From a virus: 51,036 nt of DNA. The notes under the pieces were generated by a model. The model searched no databases, had not been told where the DNA came from, and saw nothing but the letters and a program-made list of their open reading frames with translations. Each line of letters opens with the position of its first letter. Position 1 is the stretch's first letter. This document shows, in pieces, positions 38,352 through 46,311 of this stretch. The position numbers were made by a program, and so were the translations under genes. The DNA lies in IMG/VR virus record IMGVR_UViG_3300029775_000002, positions 1-51,036 of that record; one strand, 5' to 3'.

Positions 38352-38397
38352 TGCAATACTCTATATATCCCCAATGGTATTTATAGTTTTTGGGGAT
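38352..38397 (-). promoter_or_regulatory. 46-bp repeated promoter/operator unit, copy 1
   Basis: 44/46 identical to 39195-39240; TATA-like tract flanked by ATCCCCAA/TTGGGGAT inverted repeat. Confidence 0.75.
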
Positions 38398-38762
38398 TAA
38401 TGTAAAATAATCTCGATAAAATCGGTGGGTTCAATCCCCTTAAAAAATTGAGTCCCCACAGCTAAACGTTTTTTATCGAGAGAACTTTGAGAAATGTCTT
38501 CATATTCATAAGTTATTCTTTTAGGTTTTTTGTGTTTGTTTCTCCTGATATCATTTTCATCAAATTCCACAGAGTCAGCGCAAATAAGAGTATGTTCTTT
38601 TTTCATTACAAGAATATCAATTTTTAGAGAAGTGTTATCTTTTATTCCGTTTATTGCCGCACCTGCTTTTAGTCGCCCCTCTTTCATCTCTGATGGGGCT
38701 ATATCAGACATTGATAATACTGTACGTGTTTGAATGTTGGAAAAAATGAGTTTAGAGGTCAT
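38397..38762 (-). CDS. Hypothetical protein
   Basis: 121-aa ORF between the two 46-bp repeats. Confidence 0.6.
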   Translation of the reverse strand: MTSKLIFSNIQTRTVLSMSDIAPSEMKEGRLKAGAAINGIKDNTSLKIDILVMKKEHTLICADSVEFDENDIRRNKHKKPKRITYEYEDISQSSLDKKRLAVGTQFFKGIEPTDFIEIILH

Positions 38763-39163
38763 TACTCGACCTCGTAATATCCGCTTAGTTTTGCGAGTTC
38801 TTCAGTTCTGAAAACCTGTCCTGTTGCTGGCACGTATTCGGGGATTCCTTTTTGTTTTTCGGTGTAGATCAGGAAGACCTCTTCATCAAGGGCACTTTCC
38901 AGCAGGAAACTTTCTCCATATTCCTCTGGGTCGTCGTCTTCCCCGAAGTTTACTTTTACGTAGGTGTTGCCTTCATAAGTGATTTTATCGTCAATCCAGA
39001 CACCGAAGTTTGAATCTTCCATTGGTTTTACAGCTTCGATGAATGGCGTTTCTCTTTCTTTCCCGTCTGAAATTTCATAATATGAAAAGTCGGCATCGTT
39101 CACATAGTCAAACATTGAGTTGTACAGGTTTACATTTCTTCCATTTATTGTGATCATAATCAT
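38762..39163 (-). CDS. Acidic hypothetical protein
   Basis: 133-aa ORF with a GGAGA RBS. Confidence 0.6.
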   Translation of the reverse strand: MIMITINGRNVNLYNSMFDYVNDADFSYYEISDGKERETPFIEAVKPMEDSNFGVWIDDKITYEGNTYVKVNFGEDDDPEEYGESFLLESALDEEVFLIYTEKQKGIPEYVPATGQVFRTEELAKLSGYYEVE

Positions 39164-39194
39164 TTTCTCCTATAACTTCGGGCTAATGCCCTAC

Positions 39195-39240
39195 TGCAAT
39201 ACTCTATATATCCCCAATGTTATTTATACTTTTTGGGGAT
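39195..39240 (-). promoter_or_regulatory. 46-bp repeated promoter/operator unit, copy 2
   Basis: Minus strand ATCCCCAAAAAGTATAAATAACATTGGGGATATATAGAGTATTGCA. Confidence 0.75.
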
Positions 39241-39355
39241 CAGATGCAAAACATGCCCAACTTCAACATATAAACAAAATTATTTAAATATGTAAAATAT
39301 TATATAGTCCATGTGCTAAATGTCACATACTTAAAAAATCAAGGAGCCATCCCAA

Positions 39356-39760
39356 ATGCAAATAAAAGTAATATCAGGAAGGGACGAGATCCCTCTATTA
39401 TTACCCAATGAAAAAATTGTCCATATCGGGTTCAGACCGTCAAATAAAGATATTTTCGGGATCGTTGAAGCCTGCCCAAAGATTGAAGCCATTCAAGTTC
39501 CGCCGTCGTATTTTGTCAGTATTTCCAAATCAATCCAGATATTTTTGAGAATGCAGAAAATCCAACTTTTAGAGGGGGATGTAGGAGGGCACAGGAAAGA
39601 TCTGCATCCGTACTATGTGGTACCTGAGTACATCATTGAAAAAATCAAAGAACTTAAAGAAGACGGAACAAAACCGGACGATATTGTGAAATATGTTTCG
39701 CGGCTGCATAGAATGAGTGAACCCCTGGCGGCTTATGTTGTGCAGTCCGTCAAAATCTAA
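39356..39760 (+). CDS. DUF1699-family protein (Methanosarcinaceae-type)
   Basis: PNEKIVHIGFRPSNKDIF.IVEACPKIEAIQ…SKSIQIFL.MQKIQLLEGDV.GHRKD. Confidence 0.9.
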   Translation: MQIKVISGRDEIPLLLPNEKIVHIGFRPSNKDIFGIVEACPKIEAIQVPPSYFVSISKSIQIFLRMQKIQLLEGDVGGHRKDLHPYYVVPEYIIEKIKELKEDGTKPDDIVKYVSRLHRMSEPLAAYVVQSVKI

Positions 39761-39841
39761 ATTCCTTTACTCTTTTAATTCTTTTTTTTTTAATTCTTTT
39801 ACTGATATATTAATTATAGTATGTGCTAGATATAATATTAT

Positions 39842-41299
39842 ATGTCAGTTCTAACTTTTACCCCCGGTACTCTTCAACAGTCCAGTTTCTCAAAAGTCGG
39901 CTACGGTCAAAAATACGAATCTATATACTTCACAAAAGGGAATTATACTGTGAAAAACCCAATTCGGTTGAATAGCGGGACGTTGATCACCGGGGATGTC
40001 GGGACAGTCCTCAATTTAATCGCGAAAGCTCCGACTTCTATTTTTGGAATAAGAACCCCGATTTTTGGGCAGGTCGAGAAATATATTGAAGACATTTTTA
40101 TAGAAAACATAAAATTCAATGGTCATGCAGATAAACAGCTCGTTAAACACGGAAAAGGATATCATAATTTTATAGAGTTTTCCCACGCGAAGAATGTTAG
40201 AATTCAGAATGTAATAATCGAAAGCACACAGGGCGACGGGGCGCGGTTTGAAGATTCTGAGGGTATAGAATATCTTCAGAATACTGTTCTCGGATGCGGG
40301 CACGATGGGCTTTATGTGGATCGCTGCAAGAATGTTCTGGGGCAGGGAAATGTAACTTATTTGCGCTCGAATAGTGCCCTACGGTGTAAAGGTTCGGTTG
40401 ATGTCATTTTCCGAGAGAATACTGTGCTAAGAACTGATGATTTTTCCCCGGCATATTCACCGGGAATACAGGTTCAAAATACGGAAGTTTCCGAGACTTC
40501 TCATAATATCGAAATCTGCAATAATTTCATAAGCGGAACTTTTGGGCCGGGGATCTGGTGTGCCGGATTTGTGAATAAGGATATTCAAGCAGCTTCCGGC
40601 CTGAATATCCATAACAACTTGATAACAGATTGTGGAAACATGCCTTATGAAAATAAAATAAGTGGCGTGGGCGGCGTTGTTGTTGATGGGTGGAACGGAG
40701 AAATTAAAAATAATACAATAGATAAATGTAAGGGTTACGGGGTTCTTATTGGGTCATATCTCGGAAGTTCTTCCGGGGCGGGCTATGAGCTTGAAGTATC
40801 AAGAAATATTATCACAGGAACGAAAATAAGCGCGTATCCGGGGCTCTACTCAGGCGGTGCGATAGTCAATCTAACCCCTTCAAAATGTACGGTTAGCGGG
40901 GCTGAGAACTGCCTCTGGAGAAATCTGACGGACTATTACAATATTGATGTATTTACCCGGATGGACGCTGATCCTCTCTATGTTTCATCTGAAGATTATT
41001 ATTTACAGAGCAAAGCGGGGCATTATACAGAAAAAGGTTATGTGCTGGACTATGAAAACTCCCCTTGTATATTCCCTGAGTATGAGCTAGGGGCGTACTG
41101 TGGCACTTCACATGCGTCAATATACTGTTACCCCCCTAAACCTTCTGTAGTCATTCCTAGAGCCTCTGAGAGCGATTTAAAAGCATTTGTTCAGGCTCTT
41201 AGAGATGGAGGATATCTTGAGGAAGGGGATGAAATTAGATTAATCATAATCGTTGTGAACTACCACCGAGCTAAAGCTGTGGGGCTTCCTTCCTTCTGA
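39842..41299 (+). CDS. Soluble right-handed beta-helix protein, disaggregatase-related; no signal peptide
   Basis: GKGYHNFIEF, GDG.RF, GHDGLY, RSNSALR, PGIQV and GPGIW motifs, C-terminal DPLY…Y.LQSKAG…SPCI; the 3' end is replaced by an IS end. Confidence 0.75.
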   Translation: MSVLTFTPGTLQQSSFSKVGYGQKYESIYFTKGNYTVKNPIRLNSGTLITGDVGTVLNLIAKAPTSIFGIRTPIFGQVEKYIEDIFIENIKFNGHADKQLVKHGKGYHNFIEFSHAKNVRIQNVIIESTQGDGARFEDSEGIEYLQNTVLGCGHDGLYVDRCKNVLGQGNVTYLRSNSALRCKGSVDVIFRENTVLRTDDFSPAYSPGIQVQNTEVSETSHNIEICNNFISGTFGPGIWCAGFVNKDIQAASGLNIHNNLITDCGNMPYENKISGVGGVVVDGWNGEIKNNTIDKCKGYGVLIGSYLGSSSGAGYELEVSRNIITGTKISAYPGLYSGGAIVNLTPSKCTVSGAENCLWRNLTDYYNIDVFTRMDADPLYVSSEDYYLQSKAGHYTEKGYVLDYENSPCIFPEYELGAYCGTSHASIYCYPPKPSVVIPRASESDLKAFVQALRDGGYLEEGDEIRLIIIVVNYHRAKAVGLPSF

Positions 41300-41330
41300 C
41301 CGTGAGAAGAGGGCGACTTAAACAACTCTT
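41255..41330 (-). mobile_element. Orphan TnpB-type right end (omega-RNA scaffold-like)
   Basis: Minus strand AAGCCCCACAGCTTTAGCTCGGTGGTAGTTCAC, nearly identical to 46151-46182. Confidence 0.7.
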
Positions 41331-41544
41331 AGGCGGGTTTTTTGTTGTTCCCCTCTTTTCTCTTTTTTTCCTCGTTCATCCGTACATCGTAGCAGCCGAA
41401 AAAATAAGCAAGCGCGGTAGACGTTAGTTCTGATGCGCTTGAGAATTTCCCATCGTTTACGAGAGTGTCTATTCGATCTTTCAGATACGGGCTAATCGTT
41501 GCGCTCAGTTTCTCTTTTTTCGGTTCAATTTTTGAGTCCTCCAT
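41329..41544 (-). CDS. RHH repressor-like protein
   Basis: KLSATISPYLKDRIDTLVNDGKFSSASELTSTAL. Confidence 0.75.
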   Translation of the reverse strand: MEDSKIEPKKEKLSATISPYLKDRIDTLVNDGKFSSASELTSTALAYFFGCYDVRMNEEKKRKEGNNKKPA

Positions 41545-41578
41545 ACATATTAATTTAACTTTTTGTATATAAATGATT

Positions 41579-41596
41579 ATGTGCTAATTAGCACAT
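41579..41596. promoter_or_regulatory. Perfect 18-bp operator palindrome ATGTGCTAATTAGCACAT
   Basis: Between divergent RHH genes; related sites at 41632, 39311 and 39821. Confidence 0.75.
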
Positions 41597-41665
41597 TTAG
41601 GAATACTTATATATGATAAACGTCTACTATTATGTGCTAATAATCACAGTTTCAAAAGGTGAATT

Positions 41666-41827
41666 ATGACAAGATTTACAGTTGATTTATCAGACTCAGA
41701 CAGCAAATTCCTGAAGTGGCTAGTAACAGAAGGCAAAATAAAGAATTACAGTGATGTGGTAAGGCCAGCCGTTTCTAAATATATAGCTGAGTTAAAAACT
41801 TTAGAAGGATTCAATCCAGATAAATAA
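41666..41827 (+). CDS. RHH Cro-like protein (53 aa, not in ORF track)
   Basis: MTRFTVDLSDSDSKFLKWLVTEGKIKNYSDVVRPAVSKYI with an AGGTGA RBS. Confidence 0.75.
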   Translation: MTRFTVDLSDSDSKFLKWLVTEGKIKNYSDVVRPAVSKYIAELKTLEGFNPDK

Positions 41828-42025
41828 CCCCCGGTTATCCTCCTCCGGGGGCATCATGCCGTGATGCAGGTTAAACTCCTGTATATGGCCAAACGGAAAT
41901 TAAAGAAAAAGTGTATCGACTATAAACTCCCTTTGGAAATCGAGGGTAACAATGATCCTAGAGTTATTTCAAACTAAGGGAAAACAATAGTACGAACCAA
42001 CCGCCCGGAGCAATCCGGGTCAAGT

Positions 42026-42098
42026 ACTCCCGTAGTGTAGTGGTCAATCATTTCAGCCTTTGGAGCTGAAGACCCCGGTTCGAATCCGGGCGGGAGTT
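42026..42098 (+). tRNA. tRNA-Gln(TTG)
   Basis: Acceptor stem ACTCCCG/CGGGAGT, anticodon stem TCAGC/GCTGA with loop CTTTGGA, T-loop TTCGAAT; archaeal A1-U72; no encoded CCA. Confidence 0.92.
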
Positions 42099-42142
42099 TC
42101 ATCCGAGTGGAAGAGGAACGGATGTAAAAAGGATATTCCTCA

Positions 42143-42299
42143 AGGGCGGCACGCCTGACGGTGAGGGCATCCCGAATGGTCGGGACTTCAACGTGTACGA
42201 GCGAGATAATGGAAAACAGAAACGTATGCAGGTCGACAGCGCAAACGGAAACAAAAACCGCGAAGTGTTGAATCTCAGGTTCAATTCCTGACCGCCCTA
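42143..42299 (+). ncRNA. tRNA-like structured RNA with a ~100-nt insertion
   Basis: Acceptor stem AGGGCGG/CCGCCCT+A, T-arm TCAGG-TTCAATT-CCTGA, D-like arm, TCCCG/CGGGA hairpin; TTCAAC/GTTGAA helix closes the insert. Confidence 0.6.
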
Positions 42300-42325
42300 T
42301 TGCCGGGGCTTCCTGGCGTGAAATT

Positions 42326-42646
42326 TTGGAGTATGAAAACGTGGGAAAAAAAGTAATACTCGATCTCAGAAACGATATCCCTCAAGACGTGGGATATGTA
42401 ATTCCTGGGAAATTTGCAAAACGGTATTACAGTGTTGAAGATATCCCGGTCCTGTTGGATGTAATCGCGAGTCGAATGAATGTACTGAGAACAGAACCGA
42501 GAGAACTGTTTGATATTATAATTTTTGGGAATGTCCAGGCTAGTGTTTTCGGCAGGATTGTAATTAATCTTAGCCGGTGGGATGATGTTGAATCCCTTGT
42601 GTATATTCGTCCTGGGGATGAGCCTGTAAGGATTTTCCCTGAGTAA
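42326..42646 (+). CDS. Hypothetical protein
   Basis: 106-aa ORF following the RNA cluster. Confidence 0.55.
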   Translation: MEYENVGKKVILDLRNDIPQDVGYVIPGKFAKRYYSVEDIPVLLDVIASRMNVLRTEPRELFDIIIFGNVQASVFGRIVINLSRWDDVESLVYIRPGDEPVRIFPE

Positions 42647-42667
42647 AAAAATAAGGAGCCAACTAAG

Positions 42668-42829
42668 ATGAGTGATTTTGATACGACTATGGTGAGGGAT
42701 CTTGCCCTCGCTGATGAGAAGAGAAATACGAGAGTGCAAAAATACTGTTCTTTTTGTGGGCAGCCGTTCCTAGGAGACCAGAACGACCCCGAAACACGCT
42801 GTAAAGATTGCAGGTGGGGTAACTTATGA
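42668..42829 (+). CDS. Zinc-finger protein (53 aa, not in ORF track)
   Basis: CSFCG and CKDC motifs; stop overlaps the Bet ATG. Confidence 0.6.
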   Translation: MSDFDTTMVRDLALADEKRNTRVQKYCSFCGQPFLGDQNDPETRCKDCRWGNL

Positions 42830-43893
42830 GCGTTTTCGAGAAAACAATCAAAGACCTGCAAGGACTTTACCCGGATCTTATTCTCGATGCTTCCGGTAAA
42901 TCTGCCAAGAAACCCGTAACCACGAAACTCGATTTGGTAATATACGAAGATAAACAGCCTCCAGAATGGGAAGCTGTAGACAAAGAAACTGAAGAGGTTA
43001 CTCTTGTTAAAGATGTTGCCGGGGCCCCTAAACTAATTATCCTTGAGTTTGTAAGCGTTTTTAACGAGTTTAAGGGGGAAGCTGTTAAGAACGCAACGAT
43101 TGAGCCTGTTAAAGCTCCTGAAGAGCCTGAGAATAAGGCTGAAGAAGTTATACAAGAGCCTCCAAGTGACGCTGATAGGCGGGCAATGCTTGATGAGATA
43201 ATGGACGGGAAAGTAGAGCCTGTTAAACATGTGCCAAATAAAGCACTCGCGGCGAGAGAAAGGGCGATTTCCAAAGCTCCTGCTACAATACCTCTGGATA
43301 TAAGAAACATGCAGATTCAGGAGCTTACCTTTGAGGACATAAAAAACTATGTATGCCCTGATGCTACGGACTCCGAAGCATTTATGTTCTTGAAGTTGTG
43401 CCAGGCTCGCAATCTTAACCCGTTTATTGGTGAAGCTTACCTGATAAAATACGGGAATGATAAGGCTCAGATGGTCGTAGGAAAGGAAACGTTTACCAGG
43501 CGGGCAGAAGTAAACCCTCATATAAGAGGCTGGAAAGCTGGAATTATTATAAGAGTAAAAGCTGAAAAGGATAAGTCAGCGGGACCAATCGAGAGAAGAG
43601 AGGGGGCTTTTATCCTGCCAGAAGAAGAGCTTCTGGGTGGATGGGCTAAGATTTTCAGGGATGATATAGAAGAACCTCACCTGTATGAAGTAACGCTTCA
43701 AGAGTACCTGGGAAGAAAGAGGGACGGGCAGATAACAAAGATGTGGAGAGAAAAGCCCTGTACGATGATAAGGAAAGATGCTCTTGTGGGCGGGCTCCGA
43801 GAAGCTGCTCCTTCTGAGTTTTCTGGGATGTATGACCAGGCTGAAATTGAAGGGGGAATAATCGAGGCTAATTTTGAGGAAGTGGAAGCATGA
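42826..43893 (+). CDS. bet: Bet/RecT-family single-strand annealing protein with an N-terminal extension
   Basis: CPDATDSEAFMFLKLCQARNLNPF.GEAYLIKYG…LLGGWAKIFR…W…P.TMIRK.AL…LREA. Confidence 0.85.
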   Translation: MSVFEKTIKDLQGLYPDLILDASGKSAKKPVTTKLDLVIYEDKQPPEWEAVDKETEEVTLVKDVAGAPKLIILEFVSVFNEFKGEAVKNATIEPVKAPEEPENKAEEVIQEPPSDADRRAMLDEIMDGKVEPVKHVPNKALAARERAISKAPATIPLDIRNMQIQELTFEDIKNYVCPDATDSEAFMFLKLCQARNLNPFIGEAYLIKYGNDKAQMVVGKETFTRRAEVNPHIRGWKAGIIIRVKAEKDKSAGPIERREGAFILPEEELLGGWAKIFRDDIEEPHLYEVTLQEYLGRKRDGQITKMWREKPCTMIRKDALVGGLREAAPSEFSGMYDQAEIEGGIIEANFEEVEA

Positions 43894-44168
43894 GGAAATC
43901 ACGCTTCGCAGAATCCCTCTTAAAAGCTCGCTCTAAGGGGGAAATAACCTCCCCTTCTGTCATTTCCCTTTACGGTGTCCACCGGGTAACAATCGAGCCC
44001 GGATGCGAAATGAAAGAGATGTTTGGGAAGACCCAGGCGACCCTTGAAGAGATTAACGAGACTCTCAAGAAACTTGCCGGGAAAGACGAGCAAACCGTTC
44101 AGATCGTCAAGGAAGTTCTCTTACAAGCCCTTGAAGCGCCTGAAAGTGCGAAAGAGATAGAAGAATAG
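43890..44168 (+). CDS. Hypothetical protein
   Basis: 92-aa ORF coupled to bet. Confidence 0.55.
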   Translation: MRKSRFAESLLKARSKGEITSPSVISLYGVHRVTIEPGCEMKEMFGKTQATLEEINETLKKLAGKDEQTVQIVKEVLLQALEAPESAKEIEE

Positions 44169-44412
44169 GAAGTGACAAAGACTATTTTTCACATGCATAA
44201 TATAAATAAGTTTTCTTTTCTAACATTTTATTTTTAACAGTTCGTAACATATATTAGAATATATATTCAGTATGAAGAGTCTGGTTTTTCTATTGGAAAG
44301 CGTTGGATTATTTGGAAACAGTGATTTTTATATTTATAGGGTTACAGTGTGAAATATATTTGGGGATTTTTATTTAATTTTTTGGATAAGTGGAAAACCT
44401 TATATACATAAG

Positions 44413-44435
44413 TTACGTATTACGTAGTACGTAAT
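44413..44435. promoter_or_regulatory. Tandem TTACGTA repeats, putative operator
   Basis: TTACGTA TTACGTA GTACGTA just upstream of a small RHH-like gene. Confidence 0.5.
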
Positions 44436-44461
44436 AATTACAAAGAGTAAATGGAGATATT

Positions 44462-44641
44462 ATGGCTGCAAAAGGTATCAAGGAAATATACCTCAAAGAA
44501 GAAGATTACGAAGTAATAAGAGACTTCGCAAACCGAACAAAACCAGCAGGCTGTAAACCGAAAAGGAACAGTGAGCTAGTTAAAGAAGCGTTTAAAATTG
44601 CGTTTGGGGTTGAATTTCCGAGTGATGCTGTAAGAGCATAA
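44462..44641 (+). CDS. Small RHH-like protein (59 aa, not in ORF track)
   Basis: IKEIYLKEEDYEVIRDFA…NSELVKEAFKI with a GGAGA RBS. Confidence 0.55.
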   Translation: MAAKGIKEIYLKEEDYEVIRDFANRTKPAGCKPKRNSELVKEAFKIAFGVEFPSDAVRA

Positions 44642-44744
44642 CAATAAATAAAAGAATACTCATAAAAGAAGGTTAGAATATGGAAATAACAGGAGCCAAC
44701 ATAGTTACTACTATTTTTCAAAGAAATGAAGGGAGGGTTTAATT

Positions 44745-45023
44745 ATGCCCTACTTAGACCCATGCCCTGAAGATAACCCCAGTAATTTTAGGATTATCAA
44801 GCCGGGTTATTTTGAGGAATATCTTAAAGATAAGCCTCTAACCGATTGTGAAAAACAATTTATTGAATGTATAAAAGACCCTGTAATTTTATCTTTGTTG
44901 AATCTATTTCTCCTTGAGAAAGTTGTTCCATTACGCACATTTAGAGAACAAGTATATGCTATTGAAAATCTTAGTGTAGAGATGGAAAAATGGATACGTG
45001 AGAGGGGATTCGATGACCTCTAA
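44745..45023 (+). CDS. Hypothetical protein
   Basis: 92-aa ORF with a GGAGG RBS. Confidence 0.55.
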   Translation: MPYLDPCPEDNPSNFRIIKPGYFEEYLKDKPLTDCEKQFIECIKDPVILSLLNLFLLEKVVPLRTFREQVYAIENLSVEMEKWIRERGFDDL

Positions 45024-45681
45024 AACGGGGATTTTACTTATGGGGTCATCAAAAGAAAGGCAGTTTTTAGACTTGTGGAATGATCCCGAACTAAAGCCGG
45101 TAGTCGAAAATCAAATAGGTAAATACTTGCTTTCAGATACCGGGAGAAGCATAATATCAGACGTTTTTTACTCGATGCTTGGAGATACGAGATTACTCAA
45201 GCGGGTTGGGCTTCTCGAAGCGTTTACCGGGCTTGACGTTGATTCTCATTGTGTCGGTTCTGATTGGGAATGGGAAGAAATGAGCACAATTGAAAGGGAG
45301 ATGTACCCGGAGAATAAAAAAATCGTAGTACAGCCTCTTAACGCTCAACTTTCTCTTATTGCTGATAGAATTAATGATGCTTCTTTGCCTGTCCTTCGTG
45401 AAACCGTTTTTTCTGGAAACGAAACAGAGGTAAGGGCAAGACTCCTCAAAGATCATCTTCCTGATGTTGGCATGAGAAACGGGAAGCGGTTCTTAACATC
45501 CCAGGAAGTTCAAAAATACCTCTTGTATGAGATTGACGAGGCACACAGGACAACCGAGAAGGCAGCTAGGAAAGTCGCAAATGATGTAATGAAAAAGGCT
45601 TTTGGGAGGTTTCCTGAGAGCCTGATACTTACTAAAAATAAGAAAAGACTTAATGTGATTGAATTTATAGAGAAACGCTAA
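45013..45681 (+). CDS. Hypothetical protein, possible replication initiator (winged-helix-like C-terminus)
   Basis: Directly followed by GGTTACGC repeat clusters; function inferred only from context. Confidence 0.4.
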   Translation: MTSKTGILLMGSSKERQFLDLWNDPELKPVVENQIGKYLLSDTGRSIISDVFYSMLGDTRLLKRVGLLEAFTGLDVDSHCVGSDWEWEEMSTIEREMYPENKKIVVQPLNAQLSLIADRINDASLPVLRETVFSGNETEVRARLLKDHLPDVGMRNGKRFLTSQEVQKYLLYEIDEAHRTTEKAARKVANDVMKKAFGRFPESLILTKNKKRLNVIEFIEKR

Positions 45682-45690
45682 CAGGATCAC

Positions 45691-45996
45691 CGTAACCGCG
45701 TGGTTACGCTTAGCGTAACTGGCGTAACCAGTTACTCACGCTAATCAACTCATCTAACCAAGAAAACATGAGAAAAATAAGGGTTTTGAAAGATATGTGA
45801 TAAAAGATAATAATACTCTAAAAATAAAGAAGAAAACTTGACGAAAAATGTCGTTTAACTTCTTTGAATATAATATATAGATGAATACGAATAGATTATA
45901 GAGTGTTACGATTTCATGTGATGGATTGGTAAGGGGAGTGTTTCTCGGTTACAGTTTTTCTTTGTAGCGTAACGGCGTGGTTACGCTGGTTACGCT
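45691..45996. repeat. Two clusters of GGTTACGC/GCGTAACC repeats around an AT-rich spacer (candidate origin)
   Basis: At least 7 core copies; GCGTGGTTACGCT is exact at 45698 and 45975. Confidence 0.75.
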
Positions 45997-46041
45997 AAAA
46001 TACTATCTAAAAATATCGAGATGATTATCATGCGTTTAATG

Positions 46042-46182
46042 AGTGGACATACGGAAAATGCTGATTTCAATGCGGCTAAAAATATAGCTTCTAGGGCTGT
46101 CGTCAATCAGCCTATTGTGTTCTGCTTAGGAAACTAAGACATAGAAACGCAAGCCCCACAGCTTTAGCGTGGGGTAGTTGAC
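46042..46182 (+). pseudogene. tnpB: 3' remnant of tnpB with an intact right end
   Basis: Translates to SGHTENADFNAAKNIASRAVVNQPIV; ends AAGCCCCACAGCTTTAGCGTGGGGTAGTTGAC. Confidence 0.85.
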
Positions 46183-46311
46183 TTCCCAACAGGCCCATCT
46201 CATACTTCTCCTTGTATGGCGTCGTATTGGAGGTCAATACCAATCCGACCAGGGGAAAAACAAGATGAAAATGAGTATTGAACATTCCTTTGAATACACG
46301 AGGTGTTAACA

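Noticed and set aside
42099-42284. 61-aa minus-strand ORF
   Set aside because: Antisense to the tRNA-like RNA, no RBS or motif
42143-42299. tRNA-Pyl or tRNA-Sec
   Set aside because: No CUA or UCA anticodon in a 7-nt loop, and the sequence does not resemble Methanosarcina pylT
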